From Myxococcota bacterium (GTDB lineage Bacteria; Myxococcota; JACRCW01), in the NCBI GenBank assembly GCA_040752415.1, contig JBFMGU010000089.1, positions 1 to 37,668 of the forward strand: 37,668 bases of DNA, in the 5' to 3' direction. Below the pieces are notes generated by a model. It was not told the origin of the DNA, did not search any database, and saw only the letters and a program-made list of their open reading frames with translations. Made by a program: the position numbers and the translations under genes. Every line of letters starts with the position of its first letter. Position 1 is the stretch's first letter. This document shows, in pieces, positions 1-9,158 of this stretch.

Positions 1-313
1 CGGGCCGAACAGCCCTGGGGCTCAATGACGTCGGGCGAGGCGCGTGGACCCTTGACGGTTGTCCAAACCGCTCGACGCTGACCAGGGCGGCGAGGGCCCG
101 CCGCACTCCAGGTCGTGGTCCGCTGGAGGCGGTCAGGACCAGATGGCCAATCCATCTTGACGCAGCCCCCAAGGGGCCCGGCGGGCTCCCCCGCCCGTGT
201 CGGCCCCGCGGACCGTCAAATTGTGCACTGCACCAAAAAGCCCTTGCCGGATCGCTTGAGCCCATGCTACGGCGCCGGGACCTCTGTGCTGCAACGCACA
301 AACGGAGCAAGCC

Positions 314-1504
314 ATGGCGTCCCCCCACCCCGTCGCTCGGCGTTCTCGCCCCTTGGCCTTTCCCACCCTGGCGGGGTTGGGGTGCGCGCTGGCGCTGCTG
401 GCCGCCTGCAGCGGGTCCAATGGCCAATGCTCCGCCAACGACGAGTGCGATGCCTGGGAACAGTGCGTCGGCGGCGCGTGCGTGCTGGCGTCCGCAGGCA
501 GTGACGCGGCCACTTCCCTCGACGCTGGCCCCGGAGACACCCCGGACGCCGCGCAGTCACCGGGCGACTCCGGCAACCCCAGCAACCCCACCGACGCCGC
601 CGTTCCCGACGCCGCCGTCCCCGACGCCGCCGCCGCTCCCGACGCCGCCGTCCCCGACGCGTCCGAGCCTCCCGACCCCACCGACGCCTCCACCGGCCCG
701 GCGCCCGACGCCGCGTCCCATCCCGACGCGGGCTCTCCCCGTCCTCGCGACGCCGGCGGCGGCCTGCTGGGCTGCCAGCCCGACGACAACGACGACGTGC
801 TCAGTGCCGACGAGCTGCCCGTGGCCCTGAACATCCCCATCCGCTTCCACGAGACGCGGCCGGAGGACGGCGTGGCGGTGAACCTGCACGGCCAGGTGGA
901 GGCCGACGGCGGAACCTCCTGGCACTTCAACGCGGAGCTGCCGGGCGACACCCTCGTCGAGATCGAAGCCACCGCGCTGGAGGACCACTGGTTCGCCTCC
1001 GAGTTCCCGCCCGAGGCCTACGTGGCCACGCTGGACGGGACCGGGGAGAACCTGGGCGTGTTCCGACGGGACACCACGGGCATCTCGCTGCTGGGCGTGG
1101 CCAGCCGCGAGCCGGACTACACGCTGCTCACCTACGACCCGCCGGTGCTGGTGGCGCCCTTCCCGCTCGCGCTCGGCGCCACGTTCTCGACGACCACGCA
1201 GACCAGCGGAACCTTCGAGGGCAACGCCTTCTACATGAGCACCGACACCTACGAGGCCACGGTGGACGCCCGCGGCCGCGTCTTCACCCGCGCCGGCGCG
1301 TTCCCCGCCCTGCGCATCCGGGTGATCCAGCAGGTGCGCGTGCCCGTTCCGTGGTGGCCCTTTGAGCTCAACTACCAGTACATCCGGCACACGTTCATGT
1401 CGCCGTGCATTGGGCAGGTGGCCAGCGTGGAGAGCTTTGAGGGCGAAGAGGATCCCATGTTCTCCACCGCCGCCGTCGTGCGCCGCCTGGGCCTTGGGCA
1501 ATGA
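314..1504 (+). CDS. Hypothetical myxobacterial lipoprotein (Cys-rich N-terminal module, DAAVP-repeat linker, globular C-terminal domain)
   Basis: Lipobox-like LLAAC; C-x5-C-x5-C-x4-C module; Asp/Ala/Pro repeats; GGAG upstream; stop overlaps the next start (ATGA). Confidence 0.75.
   Translation: MASPHPVARRSRPLAFPTLAGLGCALALLAACSGSNGQCSANDECDAWEQCVGGACVLASAGSDAATSLDAGPGDTPDAAQSPGDSGNPSNPTDAAVPDAAVPDAAAAPDAAVPDASEPPDPTDASTGPAPDAASHPDAGSPRPRDAGGGLLGCQPDDNDDVLSADELPVALNIPIRFHETRPEDGVAVNLHGQVEADGGTSWHFNAELPGDTLVEIEATALEDHWFASEFPPEAYVATLDGTGENLGVFRRDTTGISLLGVASREPDYTLLTYDPPVLVAPFPLALGATFSTTTQTSGTFEGNAFYMSTDTYEATVDARGRVFTRAGAFPALRIRVIQQVRVPVPWWPFELNYQYIRHTFMSPCIGQVASVESFEGEEDPMFSTAAVVRRLGLGQ
593..661 (+). 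repeat. Imperfect coding tandem repeat (mostly 15-bp units) encoding DAAVP/DAAAAP
   Basis: gacgccgccg(t)ccc units recur in tandem; protein reads DAAVPDAAVPDAAAAPDAAVPDA. Confidence 0.7.
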
Positions 1505-2856
1505 GGGCGCTTGCGCTCGTCGCCCTGGTGGTGTGCGCGGCGCCCACGGTGGCGCATGCGCAGGCGACGCTGGTGGAGGTGGAGGACTTCGGGTCCAACC
1601 CGGGATGGCTGCGCATGTTCCGTTACGCGCCCGCGGAGCAGCCCACGCAGGCGCCCCTGGTGGTCGCGCTGCACGGATGTGATCAGACCGCTGCCGACCT
1701 CGCCACCGGCACCGGTTGGAACGACCTCGCCGACCGCCTGGGGTTCTACGTCGTCTATCCCGAGCAGAGCCTGGTCAACAATTGGTACGGCTGCTTCAAC
1801 TGGTTCTCCAGCGCCTTCTACGAGCGTGACCAGGGAGAGGCCGCGTCCATCATGGCCATGGTGGAGGAGATGCAGCGGCAGTTCTCCGTCGACCCGGAGC
1901 GCATCTTCATCATGGGTCTGTCCGCCGGCGGCTTCATGGCGGCTTCGTTGCTGGCGGGGTACCCGGACGTGTTTGCCGGCGGGGCGATCATGGAGGGCGG
2001 CCCGGCCGGCTGCGCCGAGACCTACATGGATTCCTCGGCGTGCATGTCCGGCGTCGACCTCACGCCCGCGGAATGGGCGGACGTGGCGCGCGCGCTCTAC
2101 ACCGAGGGCCCCGGACCCTATCCCGTGGTCTCGCTCTTCCACGGCTCCGCCGACGACGCCGTCTCCGACGTGAACCTCCGGGAGTCCATGGAACAGTGGA
2201 CCGCGGTGCACGGCGTGGACACCGTGGCGGAGCAGGACGACGTCGTGAATGGCCACCCGCACCACGTGTACCGGGATGGCGCGGGTCGCGCGGTGGTGGA
2301 GACCTATCACCTGCAGGGGCTCGGCCACGCCGTGTCGGTGGACCCGGGACCGGGACCGGAACAGGGCGGCAGCGTGGCGGAGGCCAGCTACGTGCAGGAC
2401 GGGGATCTGTGGGCGCCCTACCACGCCGCGCGCTTCTGGGGCCTGGTCCCCGAGGACAACCCCGCCGATGGCGGCGTCCCCTCCGACGGCGGACTCGCCG
2501 ATGGCGGCGCCACCCCGGACGCGGCCCACGCCGATGACGTCGATGACGCCGGCGTGGCGGACGCGGGAGGACCTGTCACGGAAGCAGACGCGGGCAGCGC
2601 AGCACGTGACGCCAGCGTCGACCACGCGGATGCGGCAGAGCCCGTGGTGGTCGATGGCGGCACCTCCAGCGACCGCGTCGACGCGGGTGCGGCGGAGGAT
2701 GCAGGTGCAGCAATGGCGGTGGACGCCGCGGTTGCCACCGACGAAACCGTGGAGAATCCCTCCCGCTGCGCTTGTGCTGCACTGCAACATGACGCGTTCG
2801 CCGCGCCGGGTGTGCTGGTCCTGCTCGCGTTCCTGCGGGTCAGACGACGTCGCTGA
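1501..2856 (+). CDS. Extracellular PHB depolymerase / LpqC-family esterase with DAG-rich linker and MYXO-CTERM-like tail
   Basis: Signal peptide; FGSNPG, LHGC oxyanion motif, CFNWF, lipase box GLSAG, HGSADD and GHA; C-terminal CAC + hydrophobic segment + RRRR. Confidence 0.88.
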   Translation: MRALALVALVVCAAPTVAHAQATLVEVEDFGSNPGWLRMFRYAPAEQPTQAPLVVALHGCDQTAADLATGTGWNDLADRLGFYVVYPEQSLVNNWYGCFNWFSSAFYERDQGEAASIMAMVEEMQRQFSVDPERIFIMGLSAGGFMAASLLAGYPDVFAGGAIMEGGPAGCAETYMDSSACMSGVDLTPAEWADVARALYTEGPGPYPVVSLFHGSADDAVSDVNLRESMEQWTAVHGVDTVAEQDDVVNGHPHHVYRDGAGRAVVETYHLQGLGHAVSVDPGPGPEQGGSVAEASYVQDGDLWAPYHAARFWGLVPEDNPADGGVPSDGGLADGGATPDAAHADDVDDAGVADAGGPVTEADAGSAARDASVDHADAAEPVVVDGGTSSDRVDAGAAEDAGAAMAVDAAVATDETVENPSRCACAALQHDAFAAPGVLVLLAFLRVRRRR

Positions 2857-2867
2857 GAACTGACCAC

Positions 2868-3443
2868 TCACTCGCGCGGCTCACCCGCTGTCATGCACGC
2901 GCGCAGCTCCGCCTTGGCACGGTGCAGCATCACCGCCACGTGATTGCGCGTGACGCCCAGGATCTCCGCCACGTCCTCCCCGGGCCGGTCCTCCAGCATC
3001 CGCAACGTCACCACCCGGCGCTGCATCCGCACCAAAGAAGCCACGCACCCGCGCAGCTTCACGTACTCCTCGCTCTGGCGGATCAGCTCCTCGCTGGAGG
3101 GCGCCTCGTGCTCCAGCGCCTCCAGCACCAGCTCGTCGGAGGTGTGGGGCCGGGCCACGTGGTGACGACGTCGCCGGTTGCGCGCAGCGTTGCGCACCAC
3201 GGTGGTGAGCAGGCGCTCGCAGTCCTCCGGCGCATCCACCAGGTCACGCGCCTGCGGGAGCCCCAGGAACGTGTGGAAGGCCTCCTGGACCACGTCGAAC
3301 GCGTCCTCACCTTGCACGCCTTCCCGACGGGCCACGTGCACCAGGCGCGCGCGGTGCCGCTGCACCAACCGCCCCACCCAGGCAAGGAAGGTGCCCTCTG
3401 CCGGCGTGGGCTCCTTGTCACCGCTGCACGCTTGGCTGGTCAT
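2868..3443 (-). CDS. ECF-type RNA polymerase sigma-70 factor
   Basis: Region 2 motifs (DAFDVVQEAF, VRNAARN) and region 4 HTH (EDVAEILGVTRNHVAVMLHRAK). Start set at ATG 3443 after GAGGTG (GTG 3449 possible). Confidence 0.88.
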   Translation of the reverse strand: MTSQACSGDKEPTPAEGTFLAWVGRLVQRHRARLVHVARREGVQGEDAFDVVQEAFHTFLGLPQARDLVDAPEDCERLLTTVVRNAARNRRRRHHVARPHTSDELVLEALEHEAPSSEELIRQSEEYVKLRGCVASLVRMQRRVVTLRMLEDRPGEDVAEILGVTRNHVAVMLHRAKAELRACMTAGEPRE

Positions 3444-3783
3444 CACCACCTCGGTCCAGGTGCTTGCGCACCAGCTCCTCGAGCCGACTCCGCGTCACCG
3501 CGCCCACGATCATATCGACCGGCACGCCGTTCTTGAAGAGCATCACGGTGGGAAGGCTACGCACGCGGTAGCGCTCGGAGGTCACCGGGTTCTCGTCCAC
3601 GTCGAGCTCACCCACGGTCAGCTTGCCTGCAAAAGCCTGCGCCACCGCGTCCACGTGCGGCCGCATGGCCCGACACGGCGGGCACCACACCGCGCCAAAG
3701 TCCACCAGCACCGGGGTGGGGCTCTTCAGCACCCGGCTCTCGAAGTTGTCATCCTGGAAACGCTGCATGTGGGATCCCGTCAT
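3418..3783 (-). CDS. trxA: Thioredoxin
   Basis: VLVDFGAVWCPPC active site, SLPT cis-Pro motif, FKNG; AGGAGG RBS before ATG 3783. Confidence 0.9.
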   Translation of the reverse strand: MTGSHMQRFQDDNFESRVLKSPTPVLVDFGAVWCPPCRAMRPHVDAVAQAFAGKLTVGELDVDENPVTSERYRVRSLPTVMLFKNGVPVDMIVGAVTRSRLEELVRKHLDRGGDDQPSVQR

Positions 3784-3840
3784 GGTGTTCCTCCTGCATG
3801 CAGAGGTTTCCAGGACGCCCGGCATTACAGCGGATCGACA

Positions 3841-4566
3841 TCACTCCTGCTGGCGCAGCTCCCGCACGTCGTGAACCACGGCCTCCAGCACAGCCGTCAC
3901 AAACCGCGCGCCCTTCTCCGCGGAGGCCAGCGTGGGATCGCCCCAGGTCCCGGTGGGCGAATAGCGGCCCGGTCCGCCCGGCGTGCGCGTGAAGGGCCCC
4001 GTCCCCGGCTGGAAGTCCTTCACCGCGCGGGACATCCACACCGCCTCCGGCTCCAGGTGCAGCATCATGGAGGTCTCCACCTCGTCGGCGTGGCTGCCGC
4101 CCTCCTGCTGGCACAGCTCCCTCTCCACGGGCGCCAGCGCCGCCGCCCAGTCCGTCCAGCGCAAGGTCACCCCTTCCCGCGCCAGCTCCTCCGCCGCGGG
4201 ACGCAACGCCTTCACCGTGCTGATTCCGGTGTTCAACACGTAGAACCGGCGCGGCCCAAAGCGCGCCAGGCTCCCACACACGTCCACCACGACGTCACGC
4301 GCCGTCTCCGCCCGCAGCGAGATGGAACCGGGATACTCCACGAACGCGGGGTAGTGGTGGAACGCCAGCGCCGGTGCCACCACCACGTCCACCCGCGACA
4401 TCACCCGCCGCGTGAGATGACGCGCCAGCCGCAGGTCATTGCTGAGGGTGAGGTGGGGCCCGTGCTCCTTGGCACCAGCGCCGAGCGGGAGCAGCACCAC
4501 CGCGTCCGTCGTCAGGACGCGCTCGGCCTCCTGCCACGTCAGCTGCTCGAGCTCCACGCTGGCCAT
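3841..4566 (-). CDS. Creatininase / creatinine amidohydrolase family protein
   Basis: LPLGAGAKEHGPHL, YPGSISL and HADEVETS motifs. Confidence 0.88.
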   Translation of the reverse strand: MASVELEQLTWQEAERVLTTDAVVLLPLGAGAKEHGPHLTLSNDLRLARHLTRRVMSRVDVVVAPALAFHHYPAFVEYPGSISLRAETARDVVVDVCGSLARFGPRRFYVLNTGISTVKALRPAAEELAREGVTLRWTDWAAALAPVERELCQQEGGSHADEVETSMMLHLEPEAVWMSRAVKDFQPGTGPFTRTPGGPGRYSPTGTWGDPTLASAEKGARFVTAVLEAVVHDVRELRQQE

Positions 4567-4575
4567 GGGCGTGGT

Positions 4576-5361
4576 CTACTTCCACTCCACCTCGATGCCC
4601 AGCGGGCAATGGTCGCTGCCGCGCACGTCGTCCTGGATGAAGGCCTTCTTGAGATGCGGTGCCAGCTCCTCGCTGACCCACACGTAGTCAATGCGCCAGC
4701 CGATGTTGCGCTCCCGCACGCCGATGCGCTGTGACCACCAGGTGTATTGCACCTTGTCGGGATGGAGGTACCGGAACGTGTCGACGAATCCTCGTCGGAG
4801 ATTGCGCTCCAGGTTGGCCCGCTCCTCGGGGAGGAAGCCGCTGGTGCCGTGGTTGGTCCTGGGATTGCGCAGGTCGATCTCCCGGTGCGCGGTGTTGAAG
4901 TCACCCATGATCACCAGCGGCTTGCGCAGCTTCTTCCTTCGCCGGAGCGCGTGGTCGATGACGGCGTCGGTGAACTCGAGCTTGTAGGGAACGCGGCTGT
5001 TGTCGCGGTCCACGCCGCTGCCCTTGGGGAAGTACACGTTGTAGAGGATGAACCTCTCGTATTCGAGGCCCAGCATCCGTCCCTCGACGTCAAACCGCTC
5101 CTCGCCCAGGCTGGTCTCGACGGAGATGGGCGGCACGCGGCTGTACACCCCCACCCCGCTGTAACCGCGCCGCCTGGTGGCGGAGAACCAGTGCGCCACG
5201 TAGCCCTTGGGCCTGAGCAGGTGCGACGGGATCTGCTCCAGCTCGGCGCGGACCTCCTGCAACCCCACGATGTCCGCCTTCCCGCGGCTCCTGAACCAGC
5301 GCAGGAAACCCTTCCGCTCCGCGGCACGGATGCCGTTGATGTTCCAGCTCATGATGCGCAT
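4576..5361 (-). CDS. xth: Exodeoxyribonuclease III (AP endonuclease)
   Basis: MRIMSWNINGIRA, LQE, GYSGV, GDFNTAH, YTWWS, GWRIDY and GSDHCP motifs. True start at 5361, not 5553. Confidence 0.95.
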   Translation of the reverse strand: MRIMSWNINGIRAAERKGFLRWFRSRGKADIVGLQEVRAELEQIPSHLLRPKGYVAHWFSATRRRGYSGVGVYSRVPPISVETSLGEERFDVEGRMLGLEYERFILYNVYFPKGSGVDRDNSRVPYKLEFTDAVIDHALRRRKKLRKPLVIMGDFNTAHREIDLRNPRTNHGTSGFLPEERANLERNLRRGFVDTFRYLHPDKVQYTWWSQRIGVRERNIGWRIDYVWVSEELAPHLKKAFIQDDVRGSDHCPLGIEVEWK

Positions 5362-5433
5362 GACGTCGTGATAACGGGATGGCGGTGGCGCGGACAACCT
5401 CAACCGCTCGGCCAGCGCCCCCGCACCTCCAGC
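5356..5433. repeat. Copy 1 of a 78-bp imperfect direct repeat (xth start + intergenic + kinase 3'-end relic)
   Basis: Aligns ungapped to 6140-6217 at 68/78 positions (hand count). Confidence 0.9.
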
Positions 5434-5543
5434 GCGCCGCCGCGCAGGCAGGTGTCCACCCCCGTTCTTGAGGGTCCGCGCGGTGTCAGGATATGACGCG
5501 CCAACTTGTTCCGCGCGGTGCGCGCGAGGTCGAGGGAGCCGAG

Positions 5544-6122
5544 ATGAATCCAAAGGTCGATGCGTTCCTGCGTCGAGAAAAAGTGTGGAAGGACGAGTTT
5601 GTCCTGCTCCGGAAGATCATCCTGGACTGCGGGCTCACTGAAGAACTGAAATGGGGACAACCCTGTTACGCACTTGACGGGAAGAACATCATCCTCATGC
5701 ACGGCTTCAAGGAATACTGCGCGGTGCTGTTCCACAAGGGTGCGCTGCTGAAAGACCCCAAGAAGATCCTGGTGCAACAGACCGAGAACGTTCAGTCCGC
5801 ACGACAGGTCCGGTTCCGAAGTGTGGAAGACATTGCCAAGCACGAGAAGACGCTGAAGGCGTACGTGCGGGAAGCCATCAAGGTCGAGGAATCTGGTGAG
5901 AAGGTCCCGTTCAAGAAGACCAGCGAATTCAAGATGCCCGACGAGTTCAAGGCGAGACTGGAGAAGGATCGCGCCCTCAAGAAGGCTTTTGAAGCGCTCA
6001 CACCAGGACGGCAGCGGGGCTATCTCCTCTACTTTTCCAGCGCGAAGCAGTCGAAGACCCGGGAGGCCAGAATCGAGAAATACGCCCCAAGAATCCTGGA
6101 AGGGTTTGGATTGGATGATTGA
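5544..6122 (+). CDS. YdeI/OmpD-associated family protein (DUF1801 + OmdA domains)
   Basis: MNPKVD, LTEELKWGQPCY, FKEYCA, QTENVQSARQ, ALTPGRQRGY, KQSKTR; GAGGGAG RBS before ATG 5544. Confidence 0.9.
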   Translation: MNPKVDAFLRREKVWKDEFVLLRKIILDCGLTEELKWGQPCYALDGKNIILMHGFKEYCAVLFHKGALLKDPKKILVQQTENVQSARQVRFRSVEDIAKHEKTLKAYVREAIKVEESGEKVPFKKTSEFKMPDEFKARLEKDRALKKAFEALTPGRQRGYLLYFSSAKQSKTREARIEKYAPRILEGFGLDD

Positions 6123-6139
6123 GACCTTCCGCCTTGGGG

Positions 6140-6217
6140 GCGCATGACGTCGTGATCACGGGATGGCGGCGACGCGGACGATTTCAAGCGCTCGGCCAGC
6201 GCACCCGCACCCGCAGC
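6140..6217. repeat. Copy 2 of the 78-bp imperfect direct repeat
   Basis: Matches 5356-5433; contains the intact kinase stop codon and an orphan ATG-CGC matching the xth start. Confidence 0.9.
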
Positions 6218-7548
6218 CCCACCCCGGGCCCGGCGGGCTCCAGCAGCACCGTGGCGCCGTGCAGCTCCGCAATCCGTTGGACAATGGCCAGCCCCAGCCC
6301 GCTGCCGCCTTCCGCCGCCCCGGCCGCGCGATAGAACCGCTGGAAGACCCGTTCACGCTCGTCGGGCGGGATGCCCGGGCCCTGGTCCGTCACCTCCAGC
6401 TCCACCGCACCGTCGCGGTCCTGCACCCGCACCGCCACCGTGCCGCCCGTCGGGGAATGCCGGATGGCGTTGTCCACCAGGTTGCGAATCAACGTCGCCA
6501 CCAACGCGGTGTTGCCGGAGATGGTCGGGGTGGGCCCGTCGTGGAGCACCAGCTCGGTGTTCCGGTCCAGCGCGGCCGGCGCCAGCTCCGCGAGCACCTC
6601 GCGCGTCACGGCGCGCACGTCGGTGGGCGTCCGTTCCGGCAACGTCTGCTGCGGGTCCAGGCGCGCCAGGGTCAAGAGCTGCTGCACCAGGTGCGTGGTG
6701 CGATCCACGGCGGCCACCAGCTGGGAGAGTGCGTGACGCCGGGTCTCCTCGTCGGGGCTGGCCTGCGCCACCTGGGCCTGGGCCTTGATCGCCGCCAGCG
6801 GCGTGCGCAGCTCGTGCGCGGCGTCCGCGGTGAACTGGCGCTCCGCCGCCAACGCGCGATCCAGTTGGCGCAACAACGTGTTCAACGACCGCACCAACGG
6901 GTCCACCTCGGTGGGAACCTGCGCAACCTCCAGCGGCGCCATGTGCTCCGGCGCGCGCCGTTCCACCTCCCGCGCCAGCGCATTCAGCGGCTGCAACGCC
7001 CGACGCACCGCCCAGCCCATCAGCACCGCCAACACCATCAACCCCACGAGCGCCGGCGCCATGGTTCGCGCGACAATCCCGCGCGAGAGCTCCTCACGGA
7101 CGCGGTGCTCCTGGCCAATCTGGATCTGCACGCGGTGGTGACGGTCCCACAGCGCAAAGACGCGCCACGGTGCGCCGTTCACGTTCTCATCGGAAAATCC
7201 GCTGTCATGTTGCGTGAGCGGCGTGGTGGGCGCGGCGCGCGACGAGCGGAAGCGCAACCGTCCCGACCGATCCCAGACCTGGAAGTGGATCCGCCGCTCA
7301 TAGGGATGCCCCCGACCTTCGGACAGGTCCAACTCTTTGCCTTCCTCGTCGTCATCCTCTTCCGCGAGCTCGTGGCTGGCCTGCGCCAGCAGGAGCCGGG
7401 CGGACTGCGCCAGCTGCGCGTCAAACAGCGCGTCCACCTGGTGATGCGTGTCCCGGTAGATCCACCACGCCGCGGCGCCCCACGTTGACGCGCTGGTGGC
7501 CACCAGGAGCACCAGCAGACGCGTGCGGAGGGAACGCAGGAACATCAT
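6184..7548 (-). CDS. Sensor histidine kinase, QseC/PmrB-like
   Basis: Two TM segments, LFDAQL periplasmic motif, HAMP, H-box FTADAAHELRTPL, N-box NLVDNAIRH, G-boxes DQGPGI and GSGLGLAIV. Confidence 0.93.
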   Translation of the reverse strand: MMFLRSLRTRLLVLLVATSASTWGAAAWWIYRDTHHQVDALFDAQLAQSARLLLAQASHELAEEDDDEEGKELDLSEGRGHPYERRIHFQVWDRSGRLRFRSSRAAPTTPLTQHDSGFSDENVNGAPWRVFALWDRHHRVQIQIGQEHRVREELSRGIVARTMAPALVGLMVLAVLMGWAVRRALQPLNALAREVERRAPEHMAPLEVAQVPTEVDPLVRSLNTLLRQLDRALAAERQFTADAAHELRTPLAAIKAQAQVAQASPDEETRRHALSQLVAAVDRTTHLVQQLLTLARLDPQQTLPERTPTDVRAVTREVLAELAPAALDRNTELVLHDGPTPTISGNTALVATLIRNLVDNAIRHSPTGGTVAVRVQDRDGAVELEVTDQGPGIPPDERERVFQRFYRAAGAAEGGSGLGLAIVQRIAELHGATVLLEPAGPGVGLRVRVRWPSA

Positions 7549-8204
7549 GGCCGGGGCACCAGGTAGCCCACGCCGCGGATGGTGCGGATGACGTCGTCAC
7601 CAAGCTTGCGCCGGATGTGGTGGATGTGCACCTCCACGGCGTTGCTGGAGACCTCCTCCTGCCAACCATAGAGACAGCGCTCCAGTTGTTCCCGCGTCAA
7701 GGCGCGCCCTGCGTGCTCCATCAGCTCCTGCAGCAGCGCGAACTCCCTGGGGGACAGCTCCACCTCCACGCCGTCGTGCGTCACGCGGTGCGCCGCGGAA
7801 TCCAACGTCACCGCACCGCTGCGCAGCACACCCGTCACCATCCCACCCGCCCGACGCAGCAGCGCCCGCACGCGCGCCAACAGCTCCGACATCTCGAACG
7901 GTTTGACCACGTAATCATCCGCGCCGCGGTCGAGGCCGCGCACGCGGTCATTCACGGTGTCGCGCGCGGTGAGGATGACCACGGGGATGGTGGAGCCGTC
8001 CTTGCGCAACCGCGAGAGCACGTCCAGGCCCGGGATGCCCGGCAGCCCCAGGTCCAGCACCAGCAAGGCGTAACCGCCGTCCCTGAGCGCCGTCACCGCG
8101 GACTTGCCGTCGCGCAACCAGTCCACCGTGTAGCCGACGCCCACCAGCGCGGCGCGCACCGCGTCCCCCAGCAGCGCATCATCCTCGACGAGCAGCACCT
8201 TCAT
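7545..8204 (-). CDS. OmpR-family response regulator, QseB/PmrA-like
   Basis: MKVLLVEDD, LDLGLP phospho-Asp, GADDYVVKPF, SNAVEVHIHHIRRKLG and IRTIRGVGY; 4-nt overlap with the kinase. Confidence 0.94.
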   Translation of the reverse strand: MKVLLVEDDALLGDAVRAALVGVGYTVDWLRDGKSAVTALRDGGYALLVLDLGLPGIPGLDVLSRLRKDGSTIPVVILTARDTVNDRVRGLDRGADDYVVKPFEMSELLARVRALLRRAGGMVTGVLRSGAVTLDSAAHRVTHDGVEVELSPREFALLQELMEHAGRALTREQLERCLYGWQEEVSSNAVEVHIHHIRRKLGDDVIRTIRGVGYLVPRP

Positions 8205-8226
8205 CACCGGACACCATAACGAAGCG

Positions 8227-8751
8227 TCAGCGCGGGATCCGCACCTTGTGCTCGGAGAAGTCACCCCGCTCGGCGCCACGGTGACACGCCACGCAGTTGG
8301 CGGCGCTTCCAACCGACGCGCGCTTGAAGGTGGCGGGAGACAGCTCGTCGTGCCAGCCGCGGAACGAGCGCGTCCCGGTGATGCGCGTGGGAACCTGGTC
8401 CGCCGGGATGCCTCGTCCCAGCACGGTTCCCCGTCGAGCCGTGGTGCGGTCCGCAGCGTGCTGCGCCAGGAAGTCCGTGATGGTCTTGCGCGTCGTGTCG
8501 TCGAGCGCAGCATTTTCGCCGAAGTGATCATCCAGCCCCGCCATCAGCTTGCGCCAGGAGCGCTCCGGCAACAGCGCGGGATGGTAGAGCATGTGGCAGC
8601 TGCCGCACTCGGCCTTCCACTGCGGCTGCGTCACCGCGGGGAGCGCACGCAGCTCGTCGTCATCATCGTCGTCGTCGGCCAGGAGATGGCCCGTGGTGAC
8701 CAGCGCTCCGGCCACCAGCGCCAGGAGCAGGAATCCTCGAAGGGGTTGCAT
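8227..8751 (-). CDS. Diheme cytochrome c (DHC family)
   Basis: Signal peptide; ECGSCH..Y.P.LLP..SW, HFG, and a second NCVACH. Confidence 0.9.
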   Translation of the reverse strand: MQPLRGFLLLALVAGALVTTGHLLADDDDDDDELRALPAVTQPQWKAECGSCHMLYHPALLPERSWRKLMAGLDDHFGENAALDDTTRKTITDFLAQHAADRTTARRGTVLGRGIPADQVPTRITGTRSFRGWHDELSPATFKRASVGSAANCVACHRGAERGDFSEHKVRIPR

Positions 8752-8754
8752 GGG

Positions 8755-9156
8755 TCATCCTCCGTGTGGGGAGAGCAGGTAGGTGATGAAGTCGCCCTTC
8801 TCGCGGGCGGTACAGGGACGCTCGAGCACGTCGCGGCAGTTGCGCAGGAACCACTTCTCGACGGTGGCCGGGTCGGTCAGCCGCGCGGGGTTGGCCGCCG
8901 GCGCCAGCGGGTCGATGCGTTTGTTGGCGCGCGTCTTTCCCGGCTGGGTGGGGTCCGCGGTGTGACACGTGGCGCAGCTCACCGTCTGGCCGCGGCTGGT
9001 GGTGCGCTCCGTGAGGTACAGTGCGCGCCCCCGCTCCGACGAGAAACCGGTGAAGGCTGCGTCCTCCGATCGCGCTTCGTGTTCGTACCGTTGCAGGAGA
9101 TCCCGGGGCGCCGCGGCCGCCGCAACCACGGCCAACCCGATCAGCAAGGCGCGCAT
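8755..9156 (-). CDS. Monoheme cytochrome c, SHP-like (DUF1924)
   Basis: Signal peptide; SCATCH; PLAP..NP.R.TD...VEKWFLRNCRDVLERPCT. Confidence 0.88.
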   Translation of the reverse strand: MRALLIGLAVVAAAAAPRDLLQRYEHEARSEDAAFTGFSSERGRALYLTERTTSRGQTVSCATCHTADPTQPGKTRANKRIDPLAPAANPARLTDPATVEKWFLRNCRDVLERPCTAREKGDFITYLLSPHGG

Positions 9157-9158
9157 GA

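Noticed and set aside
1..313. Possible promoter elements or RNA gene upstream of the first CDS
   Set aside because: Only weak TTGAC/TTGCC hexamers without a convincing -10; no tRNA or ncRNA pattern recognised.
5362..5553. 64-aa N-terminal extension of Xth in the ORF track
   Set aside because: Homology starts at MRIMSWN; the extension crosses the repeat scar and overlaps the ydeI start.
8205..8531. N-terminal extension of the response regulator (likewise 12069..12443 and 17968..18141 for other genes)
   Set aside because: These overlap neighbouring real genes; better starts exist downstream.
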